DNA of 124,000 bases from Wallemia ichthyophaga EXF-994 (Eukaryota > Fungi > Basidiomycota). Positions 11,368 through 23,305 of this stretch are shown here, piece by piece (the first letter of the stretch is position 1; the number at the start of each line of letters is the position of its first letter). The stretch is from positions 20,001 to 144,000 of the forward strand of contig NW_008806285.1 in NCBI RefSeq assembly GCF_000400465.1. Direction: 5' to 3'. The notes beneath the pieces are model-generated. The model saw only the letters and a list, made by a program, of their open reading frames with translations. It ran no database searches and had not been told where the DNA came from. The position numbers and the translations under genes were made by a program.

Positions 11368-14006
11368 ATGCCTCACTTATACAGACACTTGCGAGTTAAT
11401 CAGATATTTGGTGCGTGCCAGTGAGCAGACTGAAAGTGCAGCAACTCACAGCCATCCACGCAGGCGCTAACACCGACGTTGGCAAGACTCTCATCACAAC
11501 TGCTCTTGTCTTGGCAGAATCGCAGCGAACGAAGAACAACATCTTCTATTTGAAGTAAGTTGCTATTTGCTGGAGTTTGGCACATTCTCATTCTCCCAAA
11601 CAGACCTGTCAGTACTGGTCCTGCTGCTGATCAAGACGACGCGTGGGTACTTTCCATTTCGGCGGAGTGTTTGTTGACTCCCGCTCAGTTTTCTCCAGCG
11701 CTTCTCTAATAACGACAGAATACACAACCACACTCTCTTTCGCTACAGTGATCCCGTCTCTCCTCACTTAGCCGTTAGCAGAGAATCCGCAACCCAAAAA
11801 CCTCCGTCCGATAAGGATTTTGCAACCTCAATTGGAAACTACATTAGCAGCAAAGCCAGTCTAAACAACTCTCACTCTCTTTACGTCGAAACTGCGGGTG
11901 GTGAGTTTCCGGTGATTTTCCGAGGCTGCATGTTGATATTGAGACACAGGCGTACACTCTCCAACTTTAACTGGAACCAGCCAAGCTGATGCTTACAGGT
12001 CATTGCTGTGAGGCTTTTTCCCTCTCGTCTTGCTCTATCTAACAACACCGGCAAGTCTCCCTACCATCCTCATAGCCTCGTCGCATTTGGGCGGAATCAG
12101 CACTACTTTAGCTGCCTATGAGAGTCTGCATATGCGAGGCTATAGCGTAGAAGCGATCCTTGTATTTAGGGAGGAGTACTACGCCAACTACCAATACCTC
12201 AGTGATTGGGGACGGGAGAGAGGCGTGCATGTCGCAGTGATAGATCAACCACCGTCCAAAGACAGCAATGCATTAAATGACCAGGAAGCACTCCAAGCAT
12301 ATTTCAGCAGTCTGTCTAACGGCGACGGTGCAGTGTTGAGCACACTCGACGAACTCGACACACGCCACAAGAAGCGCATTGAGGAAATCAAGACAATGCC
12401 ACAACGCACACTAGACAGTATTTGGTATCCGTTTGCTCAACACTCCCACATCAAATCCGCTGAGCAGATCGGCGTTATCGACAGCGCACATGCTGACCAC
12501 TTCGATGTTCACAGACCAGCGTCTGCGTCTCAGGATCTACTACAACAAGATTTCGACGGAAGTGCTTCTTGGTGGACGCAGACACTCGGCCACGGTAACG
12601 TTACACTCGCTCTGGCTGCTGCACATGCAGCTGGTCGGTACGGTCATGTGCTTTTACCTGGACACACGCACAAACCTGTACTGGAACTTTGCGAAAAACT
12701 CCTCAAAGGCCCGGGTAGCGGGTGGGCTAACAAGGCTTTCGTTACTGATAACGGTAGTACCGCTATGGAGGTAGCCCTTAAAATAGCCCTCCGAGCTTGC
12801 TCGAAGAAGTATGGTGCTGCGAATAGAGGCGTGCTCGGATTGAGCGGTAGCTACCACGGTGACACTATCGGTAGTATGGATGCTTCTGAGCCATCTGTAT
12901 ACAATAACGCAGTCGAATGGTATTCCCCAAGAGGCGGTTTCTGGTTTGATTCACCGCTCATCAAGTACAAGAGTGGAGAGATAGTTCTGAAGGGCGCAGT
13001 AAGTATGGGCGTACCAAAGGGTGCTGCTGTTGATGGCGATTATTGGGAGATGGCTATCTCTGACTCTATCGCTGGTGCTTATGGCGTAGAGGAGCGTTTA
13101 AAAACGACTCTGACTGTTTTTTACAGAGATTCCATTCAAAACACTCTCGAAAGGCTCGTCGAAGAAGGCAGACACTTCGGTGCACTCGTCATGGAACCAC
13201 TTGTTATGGGCGCAGGAGGTATGCTCTGTGTTGATGTGAGTTGGTTTTACGTCTAATACTTCCATCTTACACAATTTAAGCCGCTGTTTCAGCGTGTACT
13301 CGTTGATACAGTGCGTGACAACGAAGAGCTATTCGCCAACCAAGCTGGCGATGCATACGTTCAAGGACAGGACTGGCAGGGATTACCGGTTGTTTTCGAC
13401 GAGGTGTTTGCGGGTCTATACAGACTCGGCCAGCAAACTCCGTTGTCTATAATCGGCACCCACCCAGATGTATCCGCTTATGCCAAGATATTGTCTGGCG
13501 GGATTGTACCGCTTTCTACAACATTGGCAAGACAGAGTCTGTTCGACAACTTTTTAGGGGAGGAGAAGAAAGAAGCGCTGTTACACGGCCACTCATATAC
13601 CGCCCATCCTATTGGGTGCGCTGTTGCGAATGCGTCGTTGGATGAGATAAACAAGTTAGCAGAGAGTGATGAATGGCATGCATCGAGAGTTGCATGGGGC
13701 AGTAATACCGAGAGCGGTGCTTGGAGCTTATGGACCCCTGAGGCTGTGGAAGTGCTATCACACCTCAACAACGTCGATGGCGTCGTCGCTTTGGGTAGCG
13801 TGTTGATAATACATCTCAAGTCATCAGGCAAAGGATATGAGAGTTCAGAAGGACAGCGTTTTCTGGCGTCGCTGGCTAGCGAAGGTATCCACTCCAGACC
13901 TCTTGGTGATACGGTCTACTTTATGGCCAGCTTGAACACATCCAAGGAGGCGATAGAGGATATCCAAAACAAAGTGATTCATGGGCTTGAAAAATTTGAT
14001 GTTTAA
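11368..14006 (+). CDS. Bifunctional dethiobiotin synthetase / DAPA aminotransferase (BioDA, Bio3-Bio1 fusion)
   Basis: IFG|ANTDVGKTLIT P-loop; VETAGG; DGSASWWT; SYHGDTIG; FDEVF; AKILSGG; LLHGHSYT; multi-intron. Confidence 0.94.
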
Positions 14007-14051
14007 TAAGGATTGATTTGCTTTTATAAATGTACCTGACTGACGTTGAGA

Positions 14052-15087
14052 ATGGTTGGTGGAGAGTAGCAAGCCAGACAAAGCTGAGAGAGTGATAGTG
14101 CATTGTAGTTTACGCTGTCAACAGACACTCGAAATACCAGCTGTGGGTGATGCGCTTTGTGCGCTGACTTATGGCTGCTGCTGACTGACCAAGTGCACTG
14201 GCTGCGAATAGAGACGAGTGGCTTGAAAGGCCTACACAGCCAGCGAGAGTGCACAACTTCGGTGATGATTCCAAGGAGGAGTGTATATCCGGGATTGATC
14301 TGCTAATGCAGGGTACTTGGATTGGAGTGAGCAAGTCGGGCAAAATAGCAGCGCTGTGGGTAAATCTATATCTGAATAGATCTACTAACAGCGAAACAGC
14401 ACAAATTACTTTGAACCGCTCCCGAAAGACGGAAAATTGCTCAAGTCAAGGGGAGCGATAACGCGAGACTGTCTCCAGAGCGGCAGAAGCATTGAAGACG
14501 ATCTCGAAGAGGTTTCAAAAATCAAAGACGAAGTGGGGCCGTTTAACCTGTTACTCATTCAGGCCGAAAAGGGGAACGTGCGCTACGGCTACGCCACAAA
14601 CAGATCGATATCGACAAACTACCACGGAATGTTTAGCGAGGACATTGGAGGCATGTCGAATGGATATGTAGACGCCAACGACGAGATAGCCTCACAGTCA
14701 GAGTGGCACAAAGTAAAGCGCGGCAAAGAAGACCTCGACAAGTCAATTGAGCGCGATATGCAAGAGACGGAGCTACTCGATACACTCGAGAATGCTATCT
14801 CCAATGAGGTACACCCAATGCAGACAAGACAGCATTTTCAATTCAGCGCGAGAATCCCACCAATTATTATGCGTCCGGGCGCCAATCCGATTCCTGTGGA
14901 TGAAGCAAACAAAGACGATATCAAGGCGATATACGCGACGAGGCTCATCACATTTATCCTCGTCGATAACGACGGCAATGTTAAATTTATTGAAAAAGAT
15001 ATTTACCAACTACGCGGCTCAGATGTCCTCAAGGCTGATAGCCAGCGCTCTTTGTTCTTCGACAACGACCACGGTCAATCTAAATAA
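14052..15087 (+). CDS. NRDE/TANGO2 (DUF833) family protein
   Basis: Spliced M|CIVVYAVNRHSKYQL|..ALAANRDEWLERPT; GTWIGVSKSGKIAAL; YATRLITFILVD. Confidence 0.88.
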
Positions 15088-15120
15088 TTTGATTGTTTTC
15101 GTCTCCATCTGCTTATCGTG

Positions 15121-18100
15121 ATGGGTATGCCAGTAGAGCACATATTGCGCAATGCCAGGCAGAGGCCACTCAACAACGACGAAGTATCTGTGGGTACCGC
15201 GGAAATGGCGAGAGATGGGTGGCTTATTCAAGTTCACGCAGCACGTTATCGCACCTATCTCTGAATTCCTATTTGAAAAGGGCAAGGAGAATGGCGAGAA
15301 GAAACCTGATTGGTTTAGCGATAAATACAACGGGAATGGTATTCTTACAGAAGCCACGGCATTTGCTACGCGTTAGTTTTGGTTTGGCGCTTGAGTTTTG
15401 ACTTAAGGAATGCTCAGGTCTATTCGCTTATTTACCACCCAAAGAGGAGCTACTGATTTACCAGGATCATCTCTTTCAACAGCTTTTTAGTAATCCTCAC
15501 AGGGTACTGGATTGGCAGCTCTGCAAGCTACAGGCTCGATACATGTGAGTATTGTGCATTTACTTGCAGTAAACCGTAACACTAACACTCTCCAGCTACT
15601 TCCGCAATATCAGCGACAAGAAGCTGAATAGCTTCTTTTCAAACATCTACCGATGGGAAGCTCAAGCTTATCAACCACTTCTCTCCGAAACAGCTTCTCC
15701 ACTCATCAGCTTAGACAACATTAACCAATCACTATACCACATGTGCATCTTGCATCCTGAATTTTTCTTCATGGGAGAAGTCATCAGCGTTATGCTCCCG
15801 AAACTTCAAGGCGATGTCGGTTTCATGGACCACCTCCCACCCCCACCGACGATCCTCGCATTGACAGCATCTGACAATGAAGACGTCAGCCAATGGGCGA
15901 ACGATATGATCGATAGACATACTTGGAAACCAATCACCAAGGAAAATGCCAAGGTGTACTTGATCATTTTTCGCAACATCCTCAAGCTTATTGTCGATAG
16001 AGAGAATGGGAATCTCGACGCTGATGGAGAGTGGCCTATACAGGATGACCCGGAAGTACTATGGACCGTCCTCGCCAAGACACTAGCCGCTATGGATTCA
16101 AGTGCCATTGAGGAAGTCAGCAGATTTTGTCCTGGGTTATTGAAAGACGTACAGAGGCACCTATGTGATGTTAGGGGTAGGACATTTACACCACTTTTGA
16201 GGTGTTTTGTCGCTCTCATATCTGTCAAACAAACATACTGGTCTGTGGACTCGTATAATGAACAGCAGAGGCAGAAAAATGACGACGAGCATTCAGTTTT
16301 ACTTCTGCGACTGATGAATTCAGTTTTGGATAATCCACTTTACAGGCCTCTGGTGACACAGCCTGTCACCTTCCGCCACGATGACGATATGAGTTGGCCT
16401 CTCAATTGGTGGTCGAATCTCGTTATGAATGTCGAAGATGTCCATGAGTTACATGATTCAGCCCTAAGGAGTATTGCTAGGAGAGGTTTCGAGTCCACTG
16501 GTAACGGCGGCGAGAACACCAAATACAAGTACTACGAAAATATCATTGGCGTTTTAGAGAAATGCCTAAACAAATATGAAGGAAATGAGCGAAAAATGCA
16601 ACTGGTTTTTGAAATTCTAAGCATATACAAGAATAGCTTGCTCGAGACGGCCTTTTTGTTACAAGAAGGCAACCCAGCACGTGGCAAATCACAAGAAGCC
16701 ACAAGAGGTTTGTTGCGACTGTGTCTAAGAAAAGATTGTGTTCGCCTAAAGCGCGGTTTAAATGACTTCATGGCAAAATTTACTCCATGGAAAGATTACG
16801 AGAGGCAGCGTCAGCGGAAAAAAGTACCCAAAGAACCAAAAGTAGAACTTGACACAAAGAAAACTATCATTGCGACAGAAATTTGGGCTGCAGTATACAC
16901 AGTTATTGGCCTTACGAACAATATCGATGATCAGTTTGCATGGAATTTAATCCTAACAAATTTGTCGTCGATTAGCCACCTTTCGCAGCTGGAAAATAGT
17001 CAATACGACGAAACAGTTGTTCCCGCTCGGATGAAGAACACTCTATTAACATTTAGGTCGGCGTACAACAATGCGATTAATACTATGCAATTCCAATTCA
17101 GAAAATTGGTACAGAATTATCTCGACGATTCGACACAACACCTTCAGATATTAGAACATACGCTTAAGGCTCCGAATGTGCAAATGGCAATAATGCGGTT
17201 ATACCTATCACCCAACGGAGAGATCCACGAGCCTATAATCAGTCTACTCAAGATGATTTCAGATCAAGATGAAAAATCTGAGGCTATACAATGGATGCTA
17301 TTCAAACACCCCAAGACTTTCTTAGGCGGTGTAGCTGCACAATGCAAGACATTCTTGTCGGTCGCAGATTTGCATCTCGAGGCCTTGAACTTTGCCAATT
17401 GTATATCAAATCAGAATGAAGAAATACTGCCGATGATCGCTTCTTCTTCAACCGGCTTCCTCAATCGATATGGTGGAGAACCAGCAATCAAGCAAGCTTT
17501 GCTTGAGTATTGGGTGGAGCTTTGTAGATTTACATCGTGTGTACTCAAATCGGCTCCCAAGTGGCACAGATATTGTGGCAAGGAGGAAATGATTTCATGG
17601 ATGCGTGAATCTATCACACTTGCTGGTGTTCTTCTTGATTCTGAAAAAGAGTTGCAGAGGTATATTACTTCAGTTTCTTCAAAAATGGTACGTTTTTGTG
17701 TAAGTTTCTCCTTACCACTTACACCCAATAGCTCGAACCCTTAAATGAGGTACTGGTTCAGTCTGTGGGCTGGCTCAGAGCAACAGATATGACAGTCGTA
17801 GAGTTTACCTTCAGATTTATCGACTCTACTCTTTCAGCATTTAAACAGTCGGAATGTTTACCTGCACCGAAAGCTTTGGAGATGCTGAATGTATTTCTTG
17901 ATTCTCGCGTTCTGTATCTTGGTTTCTGACCTCACAATCACAGGACTACTATCGTCAGGCAAACAAACCTGGAGGCTCTGTGATGAAGCTATCACATCTT
18001 TCGCTCAGTAAACTCAAGTACCACCTTTCTACATTCAACGATGAGAGTGATGAGGAGGATGTGCAGATCATCGATAAGAAGCCATCGCTTGGTAAATTGC

Positions 18101-21100
18101 AGAAAGCACTGGGTGTTGACAAGAAGCCTAGTCCGGCTGATTTTTTGAAGGAAAAGCAGCACGAAAGGGAGCGTCAAGAGAAAGCTAAACAGGCGGAGCA
18201 GGTAAAGAATCCATTTATGAGGAAAATTGCTGGTAAGCCACTTCTCACCGGACTCACCACAAAGAAAGGCGAAGCGCGTAAACCTTTTGTTGCTCCACAG
18301 AGGCTAACATACGGCGGTAATAAAAAGGAAGAGTCAGAATCATCCGATGATGGCGGTGACCCTGGTGGCTTGAAGGATATGGATTTGAATCCTGAGCAGG
18401 CCAAGCAGAAGATGCAAGCTGTGAAAGAGAGAAGAGGCGGTACCAAGGTTATCGATCCTCTAGTCGGAACGTCAACCAAAAAGCAACAATTGAAGAGTGA
18501 TGCGAAGCGTGATGAATCATTCCAACGCCGTCAGAGACTCGATCCTGATATCAGCGACTTACAGAAACTCCTGCTCAATGTTGACTACAACGATCCTAAC
18601 ATGAAGATCGGTTCGCTTGATCCTACACAACGGATCCCTATCGACTTCAGAAACTACACTCACTATTGGGACATAATGCGACCACTTCTATTCGAAGAGA
18701 CATCTGAGCAGCTCAAGCAAGCCAGATCGGCAGTACAAGTGGAGGAGACGGTGACTGTCTACGTTTCCGCTAAGACGTTTGTAAATGATTATGCGGAAGT
18801 TGTGTTGAATGTCAAATGCAATGCGCCATCCCAGTACTCACTGAGCGAGAATGAGCTGGTGACGCTGAGTAAAGATGATGGCATCCAGCCTGGTGCCCAA
18901 AGATCAGGAGCACCGACTGAGAATCATCCATGTCAAAATCTCATCGCTAAGGTGCAAAGTTTCAAGCGCAGACATCAAGATCTCATTGTGACAGTGTGGT
19001 TACCGCTGCGCAGATCTGCTGCTTTCCAAGATAAGCACAAGTGGAAAATGCAGAAATTCTATTCGCTCAGCACGCTATACAGAGAATATGGTGCGTTGAA
19101 AGGCTTACAGTATTACGGGCCTGTGATGAATAAGATTCTCAATCCCGTAATCAAAGATAAGTTGCAGTTAGATAGTGATACAGTTAAAAAAACGATGAAA
19201 ATGTTGGAAGTTAACGAATCACAAGCTAATGCTGTGCTTAGCGCCCTCTGTACACCTGCAGATGGCTCTTTCAGTCTCATTCAAGGTCCACCTGGTACTG
19301 GTAAATCTAAGACCATTCTGGCATTAGTTGCTCAGTTTTTGAGCATGAGACCTAAGCCTATAGTCAGCAAAGCCAACCCAAATGCGGCTGATGGCTGGGT
19401 GCCTCCAAAAATACTCCTTTGCGCACCTTCTAACGCTGCTATTGATGAAGTTGTCAATAGACTAAAAGTGCCTATTAGGGGTGTTAATGGTGACATGAAA
19501 GAAGTGAACGTAATCAGAATAGGTGCAGATTCGTCAATGTCAGTTTCTGCTAAAGAGCGCTCGCTAGAGGAGTTGGTAGATCAGCGCGTCAACTTGGATC
19601 CGACAAGTGCCAGCATGGACAATGGATCGATGGTCGGTGACTATAGAGACCAGTTGACACAGTGTAAAAACAGCATTAATGAGATCAGAAACACTATCAA
19701 CCAGAAGCAGCAGAATGAAGGGACAGCCACTCAAGGTGAGAAAGAAGAGTTGAGGAAGTTGAGCGACAAGAGGAATGAGATATCTACCAAGCTGGATAAG
19801 GCCAGAGATACGCAGAAGTCATCTGCCAAAGCTAGAGATGCATCGAGACGAACACATCGCAGAGCAGTCATGATGGAAGCTGATGTTGTATGTTCGACAT
19901 TGTCAGGTGCTGGTAAAGGAGATCTAGCTGAGTTGCCGGTTGACTTTGAGACTGTGATTATTGATGAAGCAGCACAAGCTGTTGAAGTGTCAGCGCTAAT
20001 TCCATTCAAATATGGATGTAAGAGACCGATACTAATTGGTGATCAGCATCAGTTACCTCCAACTGTAATGTCCACTGAAGCTAGCAAGAAAGGATATTCG
20101 AGGTCTTTGTTTGTCAGACTGATGGAGACTAACAAAGGATGCGTGCATTTGTTGAACGAACAATATCGTATGCATCCAGATATATCCAAACTGCCTTCAG
20201 CTGTATTCTACCAAGGTCAGTTAAAAGATGGGTTAAGGATGGCCGAGAAGACTAAGGCTCCGTGGCACGATAATGCCTTATTCGGAACTTACAGGTTCTT
20301 TGACTTCGCACAAGGTTCTGAAAGGCGCGTAGATAATTCCTACGTGAATGATGGCGAAGCAGATCTTGTCATATCGCTTTATGAGAGATTAAAGAGACAG
20401 TTTGGTGAAGAGTTTTCATTGGATTACAGAGTCGCAATTATTGCAACATACAAACAGCAAGTCTTCAATATCAAGAGAAAACTCAGGAACAGGTTTAACA
20501 ACACAGATAAAGATATCTTAGCCAAAGTTGATGTAAATACCGTCGATGGTTTCCAAGGTCAAGAGAAGAGCGTTATTATATTATCCACAGTTCGATCTTC
20601 CCAATTTGATAACGATGGCGTTTTCAAGGATCGCAGTGGAGGTCCTATCGGTTTCTTGAAAGATATGAGACGTATGAACGTTGCTTTGACTCGTGCTCAG
20701 TCGTCCTTGTTCATAGTAGGAAATGCTGACAGGCTGTCGTACGATGAAACATGGAAGAAGATTGTTGGCGATGCACAGGGTAGAAATTTACTTGAGAAAG
20801 TGAGTACATGAAGACGCTTTAATAACACTGCTAACAGTGAACAGGTAAATGCCAAGTACTTCCAACAGCCAGCGAATCATGTGGCTGCGAAAGCCAAGCA
20901 ACCTGCCAAACACCCATCAGGATTCGAGAAGGATGTTCGCAACAACGCCAAAAAGAACGATAAGGGTGAGGTTGAGCAGCAATCAATACCAGACAACCTT
21001 GTTCCAGCTAGCAATTCTCCCGTAAAGCGCAAAGCGACTGCTGAGAGTGGATCCAGCATGGCGAAAAAGATGAAAGCCGCTGAAATGAATCAAAATGACA

Positions 21101-21440
21101 GCAACGTAATAGACATTGATGGTGATCAGAATAGTGACATACCAGGTATTAGGTCAGATTCAGCAGATCAGTTGGTCAATGCACCAGTTCTTGAATCAGT
21201 AAACATGGACACCGACTCCAGCAATCGTTCCCAGTCTGTATCAGTTGAGCCTGGCAAAGGACCTCGTACAATGATGCACAATGGCACGGCGCAAGATGAT
21301 GAGCAGAAGAAAGCTATCCAGGCAGCACACAACAGGAAGAAACAAGCAGCCAAGAATAACTCTATGTTTATCAATAAGAAGAAAGTGTGTTCTGCGTTGT
21401 TAAAAATATTTTCACTAACGCTCAGTAGCCAAAGAAATGA
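15121..21440 (+). CDS. SEN1: Sen1/senataxin superfamily 1 RNA/DNA helicase
   Basis: Long N-terminal domain; IQGPPGTGKSKT; CAPSNAAIDE; IIDEAAQ; EQYRMHP; TVDGFQGQE; RRMNVALTRA; start and end exons approximate. Confidence 0.9.
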
Positions 21441-21574
21441 GATAGCTAAGAAAATTACTATCAAACTTTCCAAAATTCAAAGGCATTTCATTTATGATTG
21501 GTATCATCAAGATCAGCATCAATCACATTACTACATAAAATTGGCAGCTTAGCAGAAGATTGGCATAAGTTGAA

Positions 21575-22793
21575 TTAGAGACGGGCCTCAGGTCTCTTCT
21601 CACGAACTAAACCTTGCTGAGCTGTTAAAGCTACTAGTCTGCCGTCTTGTGACCAAAACTCTCCTTGCACATTTCCGCGTCCGTGTGCTGAAACTGGGCA
21701 AAAAGTCCTGTATATGAGCCACTCGCCCGCGTCGAAATTGTCGTACTTTTGTGAAAAAAATGAGCAGATGAAGCATATGAAAGTGCCACTCACAAACCAC
21801 ATGGAATGATCGAGTGAAGTAATCATGCCGAGATTTGAATACTGACGCAACCCAAGGGAGTGAGCGACCGTGTGCAGAAAGTTCAAGTCCGACATGTACG
21901 CTAATACTGCCTTTTAATCTTAAGCGCAGTTACGCGTTAAAAGCTTTACCAACCTTTTGCTTTGAATCCTTATCACCGGGTGAGCTTTTCGCTTTGATCC
22001 ACCAGCTAAACTCATTTGAAATGTTAAGGTTACCCTTTTCGTCATACTGACTGACTTTCGATGCGTCTTTTAAAGCGACATCTGACGTGCGACGTTCCTG
22101 TGTGATTTCAGTTGTGCCTAGCTAAGAGTAAACTTAAAACTGACATCTATTCTTGCTATGATGGTTTCAGACAGCTTACTGTCTAGCTTGGAATGATACT
22201 TATCCAAAAAGCGCTGCCATCTGTCTTCACTCAACTCGCATTCCTCTGGTGGAGGTATGTCGGCCGGTGGTTTGATGGAAAATTTAGGCTGAGAAGGTTC
22301 TGGCTGAGCAAAAGAAGCAGTGAGAGTGAATATGTTATTGCCATCTTGGCTGGCTCTAACGCAGTACGTCTGATAACTTTTACCTAGACGTAAAGGCTGT
22401 ACATCTATTAAGTTGATAGCCGGTGAGATTAGGTTAAGTGGGAGAAAGCTCACTCACGATAGACGACTGGCATCGTGGATTGACCAGCTAGTAGAAAATA
22501 GCAATGAAAGGAATGGAGGCCGTAACGTTCGCCGGACCTGTCTTCGGTTACGAGGGTGGCGGCTTGAATAGCTTGAGATATAACTGAACCACCGAATACA
22601 CCAACGGAGGCGGATACGGGCTTCCATAGAGGTTTCTAATTAGTAGTCAGAGGCTGTTTTTTCTAGTCGGCAAACGTACTTTTGACCGGTAGAGATAGAG
22701 GTCGATCTTTTCGAGCTGAAGACGGGGTGAATTATGCATGAGTGGGTATTAGATACGCACATCTAAATTACTGCTAATCCAATCGTTGCCCAT
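21575..22793 (-). CDS. TES1: Acyl-CoA thioesterase II (TesB/Tes1)
   Basis: Spliced MGNDWISSNLD|LEKIDLYLYRS..GVFGGSVISQA; SLDHSMWF; GRLVALTAQQG; ends in ARL (PTS1-like). Confidence 0.9.
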
Positions 22794-22806
22794 GTCTTAG
22801 AAAGAT

Positions 22807-22838
22807 GTTGAAGCGGTTGAAGCGGTTGAAGCGGTTGA
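22807..22838. repeat. 9-bp tandem repeat (GTTGAAGCG) x3.5
   Basis: Directly visible, just upstream of the TES1 start codon. Confidence 0.9.
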
Positions 22839-23305
22839 GGGTGATGGCCGTAAATGACTCAAAGGAACATGTGGAGGTTGATAGCCGGTAATAACACTCG
22901 CATTGATAACCAATAGGCTGCGGAGTTGCACGATCGTATAAAGTCATAGGTACGTTCCCAAGACGCGTAGACACCCAGAAATGAAGTGACATTCTGTCAA
23001 GCGTGACATAATGAGGCATATGAGCAGTAATCAAGACAAATAAGGCAATTGGGCCAGGTGCCATGTCCACATATTGAATCAGCTGACGCCATGCATGGAA
23101 TTGACGTTGCGCACCCGCTTTGGAGGCAGTCGGCAAACGAAGCGGATGCAGGTACTAAATAAACTGCGCCAGAAAAGCTGCTTCTTCTTAGACCACCAAT
23201 TTTAAAATAATTTTGTCTGATCGAATTCCGCACTTAGTCAGGATCCCAAGCGCACGCGGCAAAGCCAGACAACACGACTTGAATTTAACGACCACATCGC
23301 AAAAT

